A stretch of 64,000 nt of DNA from Nanobdellota archaeon (GCA_022561055.1 JADFRY010000001.1:121262-185261); one strand, 5' to 3'. Shown: positions 24,813-33,944, numbered from the stretch's first letter. Made by a program: numbers and translations. Notes: generated by a model from the sequence alone, not told the origin.

Positions 24813-25126
24813 AGAGCTTTAAGTTTGGTTCTTATTTCTTCAATTTCAAGATCTAGTTCGTCTCGCTTTTTAGGAGTTTTTTTTATCGTGCGTGTATGGT
24901 ACGACTCGTGTTTTACTGTTGGAAATAATTTATCTAAAGATTTCATTTCTTGTTGCATTTCATTTACTTTTTTTCTTAGCTGGTTTTTTAGAGCGAGTTC
25001 TTTTTTTCTTAGTTTTTTGTATTCTTGATATCTTTTTATTATTGTTAGCAATTCCATTTGGCCATAAAGCAGATTTTTCTTACCGTAAATTTGTTCAGAA
25101 TGTCCTAGTTTTACATATTCAATCAT
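24806..25126 (-). CDS. Hypothetical coiled-coil protein
   Basis: 106-aa ORF rich in heptad-like K/E/L sequence. Its start overlaps the upstream gene's end by 8 nt (25119-25126). Confidence 0.55.
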   Translation of the reverse strand: MIEYVKLGHSEQIYGKKNLLYGQMELLTIIKRYQEYKKLRKKELALKNQLRKKVNEMQQEMKSLDKLFPTVKHESYHTRTIKKTPKKRDELDLEIEEIRTKLKALQ

Positions 25127-25760
25127 TTAAACTACCTTGTGTACCCTCGAAAATTTGCGAATTTACATTGTCAATCCTCGCTTTAATTGTTTCTATTTCT
25201 CTTTCCCATGCAGAGAGTTCATGGTCTTCTCTTAGTTTGACTTCTCTTATGTTTTTCAGTAGTTCTTCTATTTCTCCGAGTTGTCCTTTGACTGTATTGA
25301 GCGAGTCTCTTGCCGCTTGGAATTTATCTAGTCTTACAAATATTGGTTTGTTTTCTATTATCCTTTTTGGTGGCGGTAAAGCAGGAGCAGGAGCAGGAGC
25401 CAGTTGCAAAGAAGGTTGCAAATCTTTCATAGGTTCTATCTGTTTTTTTGGTTTCCATTCTTCCATTTCAATTAGTTTGTGCTCTCTTTCTTCTGGGAAT
25501 GCAGGAATTTTTGGCAGTTCTTCTTCAGCATCTGGTGTTGAGACAGCATCTTTTATAGCGCTCTGACTAAAACCTTTTTGCGTTGGTGAATCTGGAAAAG
25601 AAGGTAAGCCATGAATTTCTTCTTCTTGTTTTTCTTTAGACAAACCAGGTGGAGAGTGATTGAAATCTTTCATTGAAGGAATTGCTTTCGGCGCAGCTGG
25701 TAAGTCTGGGAGACCCCTATTTTTCTTTTTTTTACTCCAAAACATATTATTATTTTCCAA
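25119..25760 (-). CDS. Hypothetical protein: Pro-rich N-terminal half and coiled-coil C-terminal half
   Basis: The N-terminal half is rich in LPxxP/APAP motifs. The C-terminal part is KPIFVRLDKFQAARDSLNTVKGQLGEIEELLKNIREVKLREDHELSAWEREIETIKARI. Confidence 0.55.
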   Translation of the reverse strand: MENNNMFWSKKKKNRGLPDLPAAPKAIPSMKDFNHSPPGLSKEKQEEEIHGLPSFPDSPTQKGFSQSAIKDAVSTPDAEEELPKIPAFPEEREHKLIEMEEWKPKKQIEPMKDLQPSLQLAPAPAPALPPPKRIIENKPIFVRLDKFQAARDSLNTVKGQLGEIEELLKNIREVKLREDHELSAWEREIETIKARIDNVNSQIFEGTQGSLND

Positions 25761-25869
25761 AAGAGATATAAATAGGTTTATATAAATTATATAATAGTAA
25801 CATAAAAATACGAAAGGTTTTTATTCGAAGTTTTTTAAAGGTGTCTATTGATGTTAGGATTTTTATAAG

Positions 25870-26856
25870 ATGGTAAAGAAAATTAAACAAGTAAAAAAGG
25901 GAATAAAGATATATAAAAAAATAGGGAAGAGAGTAGAGAAGATAACGCCAAGGAAAAAAATAAAAAAAGTGGTAGTGTTGAGGAAGAAAATTAAAAAGAA
26001 GGATATTACAAAACATTCAAAGAAAATAAAAATCTCTGAAAAAAAGCAACTAGAACTTTTAAAAAATATAGTTATTTCAATTGCAGGAGAAAATTCTGCT
26101 CAAATTGTTGATATTTTATATAAGAAGGAAAATATGAACGAATTTCTTATAGCTAAGAAGTTAGATATAACAATAAATCAGGCGAGAAATATTTTATACA
26201 AACTTGCCGAAGAGGGATTGGTTAATTTTAGTAGAAAGAAAGATAAAAAAAATGGAGGATGGTACACATATTTTTGGACGTTAGACATCGGAAAGTCTTT
26301 AGTCAGTCTAAAAAAGAAAATTGTTCAAGAGATTAAGGAATTAGAATATCAGGTAACAAGTAAAAAAACAAAGAGATTTTATTTTTGTTCAAACTGTGAT
26401 ATTGAGATGAGTGAAGAAAACGCTTTGTTGCATAATTTTACTTGCCCAGAATGCGGTGAGGTTTTTCAGTTGAAGGATAATAAAGAAATTATTACGCGTT
26501 TGGAAAATAATATTGCGAAACTTAAAGAGCAGTTATTTTTTGTTGATGAAGAGGTTGAGATTATACGGAAAAAAGAAGAGGTCGTAAAGGAAAGAAGAAT
26601 GAAGGCAGAAGCTAAGAAAAAAATGATTGAAAGGGCTGCTCGGAGAAAAGCTAAAAAAAGAGAGATGGAAAAAAATAAAAAGATTGTGAAGAAAACTAAA
26701 AAAGTGAGAAAGAAAAAGAAGTCTAAAAAAATTATTAATAAAATAAAGAAAAAGCAAAAAAAGAAAATAAGTAAATGGGTTTCTAGAAAGAAAGTGTTAA
26801 GGAAAAAAAGAGCTGTGAGAGCGAGGAGAATATTTAAGAAAAAGAGGAGAAGATAG
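25870..26856 (+). CDS. tfe: Transcription factor E (TFE-alpha/TFIIE-alpha homolog) with long poly-Lys N- and C-terminal tails
   Basis: The core has a wHTH (IAGENSAQIVDILYKKENMNEFLIAKKLDITINQARNILYKLAEEGLVNFSRKKDKKNGGWYTYFWTLD) and a zinc ribbon (FYFCSNCDIEM...FTCPECGEVF). It is flanked by ~60-aa and ~100-aa K/R-rich tails. Confidence 0.8.
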   Translation: MVKKIKQVKKGIKIYKKIGKRVEKITPRKKIKKVVVLRKKIKKKDITKHSKKIKISEKKQLELLKNIVISIAGENSAQIVDILYKKENMNEFLIAKKLDITINQARNILYKLAEEGLVNFSRKKDKKNGGWYTYFWTLDIGKSLVSLKKKIVQEIKELEYQVTSKKTKRFYFCSNCDIEMSEENALLHNFTCPECGEVFQLKDNKEIITRLENNIAKLKEQLFFVDEEVEIIRKKEEVVKERRMKAEAKKKMIERAARRKAKKREMEKNKKIVKKTKKVRKKKKSKKIINKIKKKQKKKISKWVSRKKVLRKKRAVRARRIFKKKRRR

Positions 26857-27560
26857 TGGTTTATAGAAGAAGAGCTTATAGGCGTAGTTATAGGAGAAAA
26901 GGTTTTTTTGCTAGGATGAGTATGACTGACACTTTGATATTCATTAATGTATTAGTTTTTTTTATTATTTTGATTGCAGCGCTTTCAGGATTCTTGGAGT
27001 TTGTAATTAATTATTTTGCTTTGAATCCTTCTTCATTTTTTCAAGGTTATATTTGGACACCCCTAACTAGTATGTTTATGCATGTTCTTTTCTTGCATCT
27101 CTTTGTTAATATGATCTCTATGTTTTTTATTGGTAATTTTGTAGAAAGATTAATTGGAAGAAAAAGATATTTGTGGTTTTATATGATATCTGGTATTGTA
27201 GCTAGCTTGTTTTTTGTTGGTTTTGCTTATCTTGGTCTTTTCGTTTCTGGAGGAGAGGCTTTATTTGGAGGATTTGACATGCCTGCTATTGGTGCAAGCG
27301 GGGCTTTATTTGGTTTAGGTGGATTGCTTGCAGTTTTAATTCCTAGATTGAAAGTTTTAATTTTCTTCATTATTCCCATGCCTATGTGGCTTGCGATGAC
27401 AGTTTTAATGTTTGGACTTTGGATATTTTCTGTAACAGCAGGATTGCCTGTTGGAAATACGGCTCATTTTGGAGGTCTTTTAGTCGGCGTTGCTTATGGT
27501 TTTTATTTAAGGAAAAGGTATTCTAGAAAAATTAAGATGTTGAATAAGATGTTTGGGTAA
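26856..27560 (+). CDS. Rhomboid-family intramembrane serine protease
   Basis: GASGALFGLGGLLAV carries the GxSG motif and HFGGLLVGVAYGF carries the catalytic His. The protein is polytopic. The GTG start overlaps the tfe stop; an alternative ATG lies at 26916. Confidence 0.85.
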   Translation: MVYRRRAYRRSYRRKGFFARMSMTDTLIFINVLVFFIILIAALSGFLEFVINYFALNPSSFFQGYIWTPLTSMFMHVLFLHLFVNMISMFFIGNFVERLIGRKRYLWFYMISGIVASLFFVGFAYLGLFVSGGEALFGGFDMPAIGASGALFGLGGLLAVLIPRLKVLIFFIIPMPMWLAMTVLMFGLWIFSVTAGLPVGNTAHFGGLLVGVAYGFYLRKRYSRKIKMLNKMFG

Positions 27561-27760
27561 ATACAATAATTATGTCAAGATTGCTGATGCAGAGAACCAC
27601 ATGCTTTAGCATGTGGATGAATACAATCTTGAACATCCAAAAAAACTAACAAACCATACGCTTTAGTGTATGATAAACTCAAAGTTTTTTTGGTTTCCTG
27701 TTTATAGATAGATTGTTAACTAAGTTTTAAAAACATGCATTTCTATTTTATATTAGTAAG

Positions 27761-28363
27761 ATGAAAAAAAAAGGCAAGAAAGAAAGTGTAGGTAAGAGAA
27801 GAAATACTAAGAGAGGAATTTGGAAAGAATCCTTGTCTTATTTGAAAGAAACAAGAAATTATATTTTTATAGCGGTTTTTATCTTTTTTATTAGTGCACT
27901 CATTGGTTTTTTATTTTCTTCAGAGTTTACATTTTTTGATCCTATTTTGAGAGAGTTGGCGGGGAAGATTGAGGGATTGAGTTTATTGCAGTTAATGTGG
28001 TTTATTTTTCAAAATAATATTACAAGTGCTTTTATTGTAGTGATTTTTGGAGTTGTTCTCGGAATTTTTCCTGTTATTAATGCGTTGACAAATGGCGTGC
28101 TGTTGGGATATGTTTTTTCAAAAGCTTCTGCCATTGCTGGGTTTTCAGTTATTTGGTTTCTCTTGCCTCACGGAATTTTTGAGCTTCCTGCAATTTTTAT
28201 TGCTCTTGGTTTAGGAATGAATTTTGGCATGTTTATTTTTTCAAAAAATAAGAAGAAGGAATTTGTTAGAAGATTTTATGGTTCTATGAAAGTTTTCTTT
28301 AGTATTGTTTTGCCTTTGTTGATTATTGCTGCGATTATTGAAGGGATTTTAATTACGTTGTGA
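27761..28363 (+). CDS. SpoIIM-like (DUF95 family) membrane protein
   Basis: LLPHGIFELPAIFIALGLG is the family's hallmark motif, within a polytopic protein. Confidence 0.7.
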   Translation: MKKKGKKESVGKRRNTKRGIWKESLSYLKETRNYIFIAVFIFFISALIGFLFSSEFTFFDPILRELAGKIEGLSLLQLMWFIFQNNITSAFIVVIFGVVLGIFPVINALTNGVLLGYVFSKASAIAGFSVIWFLLPHGIFELPAIFIALGLGMNFGMFIFSKNKKKEFVRRFYGSMKVFFSIVLPLLIIAAIIEGILITL

Positions 28364-28415
28364 GGCAGGGTTTAGGCGGGTAAGAATTTAAAAACCTCTT
28401 CACGTATAGCTTTTT

Positions 28416-28949
28416 ATGGGCATGGACAGGATTTCAAGCGAGAGCATAGAGGAAATAGATAGTGAAAGAGAGATTGAGAATCTGAGAAAGGTTGAGGCTG
28501 TGCTTTTTATAGCTGGGAGGTTTTTGTCCCTGAAAGAGCTTATAAGTCTTACAGATATTAATCCTATTTTGTTAAGAAAAATTCTTGATGAGTTGAATGA
28601 TAAGTATCAAGATTCTGCTATTGAGATTTCTAAGAGAGATGATATGTGGAAAATGGATGTTGCTGCAGAATATGCAGATATGGTTAATAGGTTGGCAACT
28701 GGTAGTTCTGAGTTTACAAAAGCTGAGCAAGAAACTTTGGCAATTATCGCGTATAAACAGCCGATAAAACAGAGCGTCGTTGTTAAAATCAGGGGTAATA
28801 AAGCGTATGAACATGTTAAGAATTTTGTATCTTTAGGATTAATTAATAAAAAGAGGTTTGGCCATACTGCAGAGTTGACATTAAATGAAAATTTTTATGA
28901 TTATTTTCATCTTAATAAAGATAATCAATTAAATAAAGAAGTGAGGTAA
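28416..28949 (+). CDS. scpB: Segregation and condensation protein B
   Basis: VEAVLFIAGRFLSLKELISLT... and FTKAEQETLAIIAYKQPIKQSVVVKIRGNKAYEHVKNFVSLGLI match the tandem-wHTH ScpB pattern. Confidence 0.8.
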   Translation: MGMDRISSESIEEIDSEREIENLRKVEAVLFIAGRFLSLKELISLTDINPILLRKILDELNDKYQDSAIEISKRDDMWKMDVAAEYADMVNRLATGSSEFTKAEQETLAIIAYKQPIKQSVVVKIRGNKAYEHVKNFVSLGLINKKRFGHTAELTLNENFYDYFHLNKDNQLNKEVR

Positions 28950-28951
28950 GA

Positions 28952-30175
28952 ATGGGGTTTATAACTACTTTATATATAATTTTGTTTTTCTTTGGTATTT
29001 TCTTTCTTTTGATATTTATTTTAATGCAATATAGGAATAGTAAAGCACTTTATGATTATCCAAAGCCTAAAAGATATCCTACAGTTTCTTTTTTAGTGCC
29101 CGCTTATAATGAGGAGAAGAGTATTGCAGATACGATAAATGCTTTACTCAATATTAAATATCCTAAGGGTAAGAAAGAAATAATTGTTATTAATGATGGT
29201 AGCAAGGATAGAACTGCTGAGATTGTTAGGAAGTTGGAAAAAAAGTACAAAGAGATCTATTTATTAAACAAAAAAAATTCTGGAAAGGCTAATTCATTGA
29301 ATCAGGCGATAAAATTAGCAAAGGGTGAATTGATTGCAGTTGTTGACGCTGATTCTTATCCTAATAAAAATGCTTTAATTAGAATGGTTGGATATTTTGA
29401 AGATGAAAATGTTGGGGCCGTGACTTCTAGGGTTTTAGTTAAGAATAAGAAAAATTGGATAGAAAGGTACCAAGTTTTAGATTATTCGATAATTGCTTGG
29501 ACACGAAAGCTATTAGATTTTGTTAATTCTGTTTATGTTACGAATGGTCCATTGAGCATATATAGAAAGGATATTGTTGTCGAGATTGGCGGTTTTGATC
29601 CTAAGAATTTGACAGAAGATATTGAAATTACATGGAATATTTTGAGTCATGATTATGATACGAGAATGTCTTATTCTGCTATTGTTTATACTATTGTCCC
29701 CAGTGATTTTAAGATGTGGGTAAAGCAAAGAGTTAGATGGAATTTGGGAGGATTACAAACAATTTACAAGTATTGGAGGCACATGTTTAGGAGACGGGAA
29801 TTTGGATATTTTGTCATACCATATGTTGCAGCTTCGTTTATGTTTGCAATTATAGGTTTCTTATTGATTTTAAGATATGCTTGGATTAAAGGCTCGTATT
29901 ATTATTATTCTATTTATTATTATTTTTTAGGTTATGATTTCTTTCGATATATTGAATTTAATTTCACTCTCACTCTCTTGTTCTTTTTTGCAATGACATT
30001 CCTTGTTTTTGCTATTTATTATTATAAGACTGGCTTTAAGCATTCTGAAACTGGAAGGAAAAGTGTTTTAAAGATTCTGGCTTATTCATTTTTTTATAGA
30101 TCACTTTATATTGTTCCATTACTCATAGCTTGGTATAAGCTAGCGAGAGGAGATATAAGATGGTACACAAAATAG
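28952..30175 (+). CDS. Membrane-integrated family 2 glycosyltransferase, processive type (PgaC/NodC/cellulose-synthase-like)
   Basis: SFLVPAYNEEKSI, INDGSKDRT, VVDADS, TEDIEITW and the QRVRW motif are all present, with N- and C-terminal TM helices. Confidence 0.85.
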   Translation: MGFITTLYIILFFFGIFFLLIFILMQYRNSKALYDYPKPKRYPTVSFLVPAYNEEKSIADTINALLNIKYPKGKKEIIVINDGSKDRTAEIVRKLEKKYKEIYLLNKKNSGKANSLNQAIKLAKGELIAVVDADSYPNKNALIRMVGYFEDENVGAVTSRVLVKNKKNWIERYQVLDYSIIAWTRKLLDFVNSVYVTNGPLSIYRKDIVVEIGGFDPKNLTEDIEITWNILSHDYDTRMSYSAIVYTIVPSDFKMWVKQRVRWNLGGLQTIYKYWRHMFRRREFGYFVIPYVAASFMFAIIGFLLILRYAWIKGSYYYYSIYYYFLGYDFFRYIEFNFTLTLLFFFAMTFLVFAIYYYKTGFKHSETGRKSVLKILAYSFFYRSLYIVPLLIAWYKLARGDIRWYTK

Positions 30176-30831
30176 TTGATAATAGGTATAGGATATTTGT
30201 AGAGTCTCTCCTTATTACTTTTATCATATTTATAATAGGTTTTTCAGTTGGGTTTTTTGTTGAGTCTTATAGGACCGATAAGATAATAGATAGTTATAGA
30301 GATTATGAAGTTGAGGCTTTAGATTTGAAATTGCAAAATTATTATTATCAAATAATGAGTAGAAGTTCTTGTGATGTGGCGATTGAGCAGAATTTTATTT
30401 TTGCAGACAAACTTTACAATGATGGATTAATTATTGAAAGATATGAAGAAGCGAGCCAGATTACAGATAATGTGGAAAGGGAGAAGAAGAGGTATGTTTT
30501 GCTTAAGACAGAGCTTTGGCTTAATACTCTATTATTAAAAGAAAAATGTGATAATCCTTTCGATACAATTGTTTATTTTTATACGAATGACCCGAGTAAT
30601 AATATAGTGCTTTCTCAGCAAAAGATAATTTCTAATGTTCTTAAAGATATTAAGGAAGATAAAGGGAATTCTGTTATTTTATTGCCGATAGCAGGGGATT
30701 TGGGTTTGGAATCTGTTGATTTGCAAATGAGGATTTATAATGTAACTTCTTTGCCTTCTATTCTTATTAATGAAGAGATATTACTTGAAGGTTTCCATAC
30801 TGTTGAAGAGATCGAATCTTATCTGAGATAA
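30160..30831 (+). CDS. Hypothetical membrane-anchored protein, translationally coupled to the GT2 gene
   Basis: It overlaps the GT2 gene by 16 nt. It has one N-terminal TM helix (LLITFIIFIIGFSVGFFV) followed by a soluble domain. Confidence 0.55.
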   Translation: MVHKIVDNRYRIFVESLLITFIIFIIGFSVGFFVESYRTDKIIDSYRDYEVEALDLKLQNYYYQIMSRSSCDVAIEQNFIFADKLYNDGLIIERYEEASQITDNVEREKKRYVLLKTELWLNTLLLKEKCDNPFDTIVYFYTNDPSNNIVLSQQKIISNVLKDIKEDKGNSVILLPIAGDLGLESVDLQMRIYNVTSLPSILINEEILLEGFHTVEEIESYLR

Positions 30832-30905
30832 TAACTTTTGAGGAGCTGGAGAAGGTTATTTTCCAGAGCAATAATTAATATAAATCGGAGTTTGTTGTTT
30901 TTGGT

Positions 30906-31505
30906 ATGGATTTTAGAGAAAGATTAGTAGAAGTAATCAGAGAAGGAGAAATTGTGAAGATGTCCGAGTCAGAGGCAATGGAGGAAGACCTTTTTATTTT
31001 GAGAAGAGTAATTGAGCCTGTTGTTGAGGAGAAGGAATTTACTTTAAATTCTTCTAAAGCAACAATTGACTTAACTAAAAAATATTCAAGGCCGGTTATT
31101 TCGTTTGAGAGTTGGAGAAGCAGAAAATTTGAATACGAGAAAAATAATGTTATTAAAGAGTTGGTAGATAATTTTCATTGGGTAGTTATTAGGGCGCGAA
31201 GGAATATTAACCTGACTAGGAAGAAGCTTGCTAGTGCTATTGGGGTGCCTGAGGACGAGCTTAAAATAGTAGAGTTTGGAGGACTTCCGAGGGATGATTT
31301 TGTTTTGATTAATAAAATTGAAAATAGATTGGGGATTAATTTAAGAAAAGAAAAAAAGAAAGATGAGATTACTCTTGCCGAGCTTCAAAAAATGGATGAG
31401 AGGAAGATTCGGGAAGAGATAGAGAAGACTCATTTGAAAGAGGCTAAGCTAGAAGAAGAGAGAGAAAGGATTTCTGGGAGTGATATAGAAATTTTAGAAG
31501 ACTAA
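30906..31505 (+). CDS. Hypothetical protein with an XRE-type HTH segment
   Basis: IRARRNINLTRKKLASAIGVPEDELKIVEFG resembles an HTH_XRE unit. The C-terminus is a charged coiled coil. Confidence 0.5.
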   Translation: MDFRERLVEVIREGEIVKMSESEAMEEDLFILRRVIEPVVEEKEFTLNSSKATIDLTKKYSRPVISFESWRSRKFEYEKNNVIKELVDNFHWVVIRARRNINLTRKKLASAIGVPEDELKIVEFGGLPRDDFVLINKIENRLGINLRKEKKKDEITLAELQKMDERKIREEIEKTHLKEAKLEEERERISGSDIEILED

Positions 31506-31575
31506 AAGATTGATTTTCAATATAATTTTTGAGTTGCATATATGTTTTTATATGGGTTTTTATTGATAAACCTCA

Positions 31576-32100
31576 ATGGGTGATAGAATTAGCTTTGAGG
31601 AAGGATTGCAACAAAAACTTGGATGTGCCATTATAGTTGCTGGTTCTGGAAGTGATAAGAGCCATATTGAGAAGATTGTAGATTCTTTGAAGGAATATAC
31701 TGTTCCTTTTGATGTGAGAGTTTGTTCTGTGCACAAACAGTTGGAGCAGACTAGGGATATTGTTGAATATTTGGTTAGCATTGATGCTCCTCTTGCAATT
31801 GTTGCTGTTGCCGGTGGTACAGATGGTTTGTCTGGCACATTAGCATATCAGGTTTTTAACCATCCCACTATTAGTTGTCCTCCTGATGGGATAGATAACA
31901 GGAGCGTCTTAACGAATCCTCCTGGTAGCTCTAATTCTACTATTTATAAGCCAAGAAATGTAGGAAGATATGTTGCTCAGATGTTTGCTCATCTTAATCT
32001 TGAATATGCCAGGATATTACTTGAAAAAAACGAGGAGAAAGACGCGAGCCTTGGGCGCGATGATAGAGAGATACAAGATTGGGCAAAGGGGATTAAATGA
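31576..32100 (+). CDS. purE: PurE-family (AIR carboxylase / N5-CAIR mutase fold) protein, divergent
   Basis: CAIIVAGSGSDKSHIEKIVDSLKEYTVPFDVRVCSVHKQ...AIVAVAGGTDGLSGTLA parallels the PurE pattern (G-S-SD ... V-SAHR ... AGGAAHLPG), but with substitutions in the conserved motifs. Confidence 0.6.
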   Translation: MGDRISFEEGLQQKLGCAIIVAGSGSDKSHIEKIVDSLKEYTVPFDVRVCSVHKQLEQTRDIVEYLVSIDAPLAIVAVAGGTDGLSGTLAYQVFNHPTISCPPDGIDNRSVLTNPPGSSNSTIYKPRNVGRYVAQMFAHLNLEYARILLEKNEEKDASLGRDDREIQDWAKGIK

Positions 32101-32128
32101 GTAGTTTGTTAGAGGTTGCAGAGGGAAA

Positions 32129-32851
32129 ATGACAATAAGAAATTTGATAGGTGGAGTAGAGGATTTGATACCTGTCAATAATGTGTTGATTAGTGTTTAT
32201 GATAAAACGGGTCTTGATCGTCTAATTCCTGGACTCGTCGAGTTAAATCCCGGAGTTAGGTTTTTATTGACTGGTGGGACACATAGAGTTGTTGGAAAAA
32301 TTCTAGAAGGTTTACGCTTAAACGGATGGGAACTTATTGAGGAGATATCTGAATATACTGGTTTTCCTGAAATGGAAGGAGGGCTAGTTAAAACACTTCA
32401 TCCGAAAATACATGCGGGTTTGTTAGCTGAAAGAAATAATCCAGATCACCGAAGATTTTTAGAAGAAGAATTATGTGGAGGTGTATTTATTGATGTGGCT
32501 GTTGTGAATTTATATCCTTTTTCTGAGGTTGTTAGTTCTGGAGATGTTGATTTTGAGAGAGCTAGAGGCCATATTGATATAGGGGGGCCTGCCATGATTA
32601 GGGCTGCTGCGAAGAATTTTCCGAGCTGTGCTGCTGTTTGTGATCCCAGGGATTATTCAGATTTTCTTATGCATTTGATTAGTAATACGGGGGCAACTTC
32701 ATTTATTCAAAGAGTTGGTTTGGCAGGGAAAGCTTTTGAAATGACTGCAAGGTATGATAGAGAGATTGCAAATTATTTTGCAAAAAATAATATCAGAGCT
32801 GAAGAGGATATTAGAAGGGAATATGGTTTTGCAGATGGAGGAGATGATTAG
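32129..32851 (+). CDS. purH: IMP cyclohydrolase, stand-alone N-terminal (MGS-like) half of bacterial-type PurH
   Basis: VLISVYDKTGL, GGTHRVV, GLVKTLHPKIHAGLL, VAVVNLYPF and IDIGGPAMIRAAAKNF all match. The gene ends with TAG at 32849-32851. Confidence 0.8.
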   Translation: MTIRNLIGGVEDLIPVNNVLISVYDKTGLDRLIPGLVELNPGVRFLLTGGTHRVVGKILEGLRLNGWELIEEISEYTGFPEMEGGLVKTLHPKIHAGLLAERNNPDHRRFLEEELCGGVFIDVAVVNLYPFSEVVSSGDVDFERARGHIDIGGPAMIRAAAKNFPSCAAVCDPRDYSDFLMHLISNTGATSFIQRVGLAGKAFEMTARYDREIANYFAKNNIRAEEDIRREYGFADGGDD

Positions 32852-33943
32852 ATGGCTCTAGATAGATCTAGGAGAGATCAATATAAAACAAAAGTTGTTG
32901 AAGGGTTTCCAGATAAAATTGTAATGCCTAGGTTTACTAAACAATTGTCTTTAAGGTATGGACAGAACCCTGGAAGTCCCGCCGCCTTTTATATTGAAGA
33001 AGGAGCAACTGGTCCTAACATGGCTAACTTTGATGTTTTGCAAGAAGGCAAAGGCCTTGGTTTTATTAATGTAGGGGATATGGATTTAGGGCAGAGAGTC
33101 GTTAAAACATTGCACGATATTTATACTGGTAATGGAGGTGGTGTGGCTTGTTGCATTGTTAAACATGAAATGCCTTCTGGTGTCGCTTTAGGAAAAGATG
33201 CGTATGATGCATTCAATAAAGCTTGGGGAAGTGACCCCTTGTCTTCATTTGGTGGAGTTCATGTATTTTCTGCAGGTGTTGATGATGGACTTGCTAGACT
33301 TTTAGTTGAAAGGGAGAGGAATGCAGAAGTTGTTTATGCCCCGGCTTTTACAGAAGATGCTTTAGTTGTTTTAACCGAGAGGAAGTCTTTGAGAGTTGTT
33401 CAAATGTCAGATATTACCGAGGACGCAATAGATAATGGGATTGAATATAAGAGAGTTTCCGGAGGCTTATTGGTTGAAAAAAGATTTAGTACGAGAATAA
33501 GATCTTGGGAAGATGTCAGATGTATTTCTGAAAGAGAACCTACAGAAGAGGAGATGAAGGCGGCTATTTTTAATTGGATTGTTGCTTCATATACAAGATC
33601 AAATGCTGTGGTGATTGGAACAGGTGATAAAACACATGGCATTGGTTCTGGTCAGAGAAGTAGGATAGATGCGGCAGAACAAGCAATTCATTTTGCTAAT
33701 GGTCGGGGAGGTAAGAATGAATCTTATGGATCTAAAGGTACTTTCATGGCGTCTGATGCTTATATGCCCCAGACAGATGTTGTCGAAGCTGCGGCAGAAG
33801 CAGGGGTTACTGGAATCATATTTCCTCTAGGATCTATTAGGGATCAGGAAGTCATTGATGCAGGAAATGAACGAGGTCTTGCTTTAATTGCGACCGGTGC
33901 TCCCGGAGAAACAAGTGACGAGAGGTGTTTTTTTCATAGATAA
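32852..33943 (+). CDS. purH: AICAR formyltransferase, stand-alone C-terminal half of bacterial-type PurH
   Basis: Its ATG directly abuts the preceding stop codon. LRYGQNPGSPAAFY (compare LRYGENPHQ), VVKHEMPSGVA, GIGSGQRSRIDA and ASDAYMP match the AICARFT domain. Confidence 0.8.
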   Translation: MALDRSRRDQYKTKVVEGFPDKIVMPRFTKQLSLRYGQNPGSPAAFYIEEGATGPNMANFDVLQEGKGLGFINVGDMDLGQRVVKTLHDIYTGNGGGVACCIVKHEMPSGVALGKDAYDAFNKAWGSDPLSSFGGVHVFSAGVDDGLARLLVERERNAEVVYAPAFTEDALVVLTERKSLRVVQMSDITEDAIDNGIEYKRVSGGLLVEKRFSTRIRSWEDVRCISEREPTEEEMKAAIFNWIVASYTRSNAVVIGTGDKTHGIGSGQRSRIDAAEQAIHFANGRGGKNESYGSKGTFMASDAYMPQTDVVEAAAEAGVTGIIFPLGSIRDQEVIDAGNERGLALIATGAPGETSDERCFFHR

Positions 33944-33944
33944 G

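Noticed and set aside
24892-25566. 224-aa plus-strand ORF, plus 24825..25028.
   Set aside because: They are antisense to the two overlapping coiled-coil genes. They are low-complexity, with no start context or motifs.
27571-27700. A C/D-box sRNA in the rhomboid/SpoIIM spacer (UGAUG-like and CUGA-like strings are present).
   Set aside because: The spacing between candidate C, D', C' and D boxes does not fit the ~12-nt guide architecture on either strand. The region is kept only as an unexplained twin-hairpin observation.
33888-33944. N-terminal 19 codons of the track's 379-aa PurC ORF (MRPVLPEKQVTRGVFFIDK).
   Set aside because: This part overlaps the conserved C-terminus of the AICARFT gene in another frame. 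The ATG at 33945, right after that gene's stop, begins the conserved PurC sequence.
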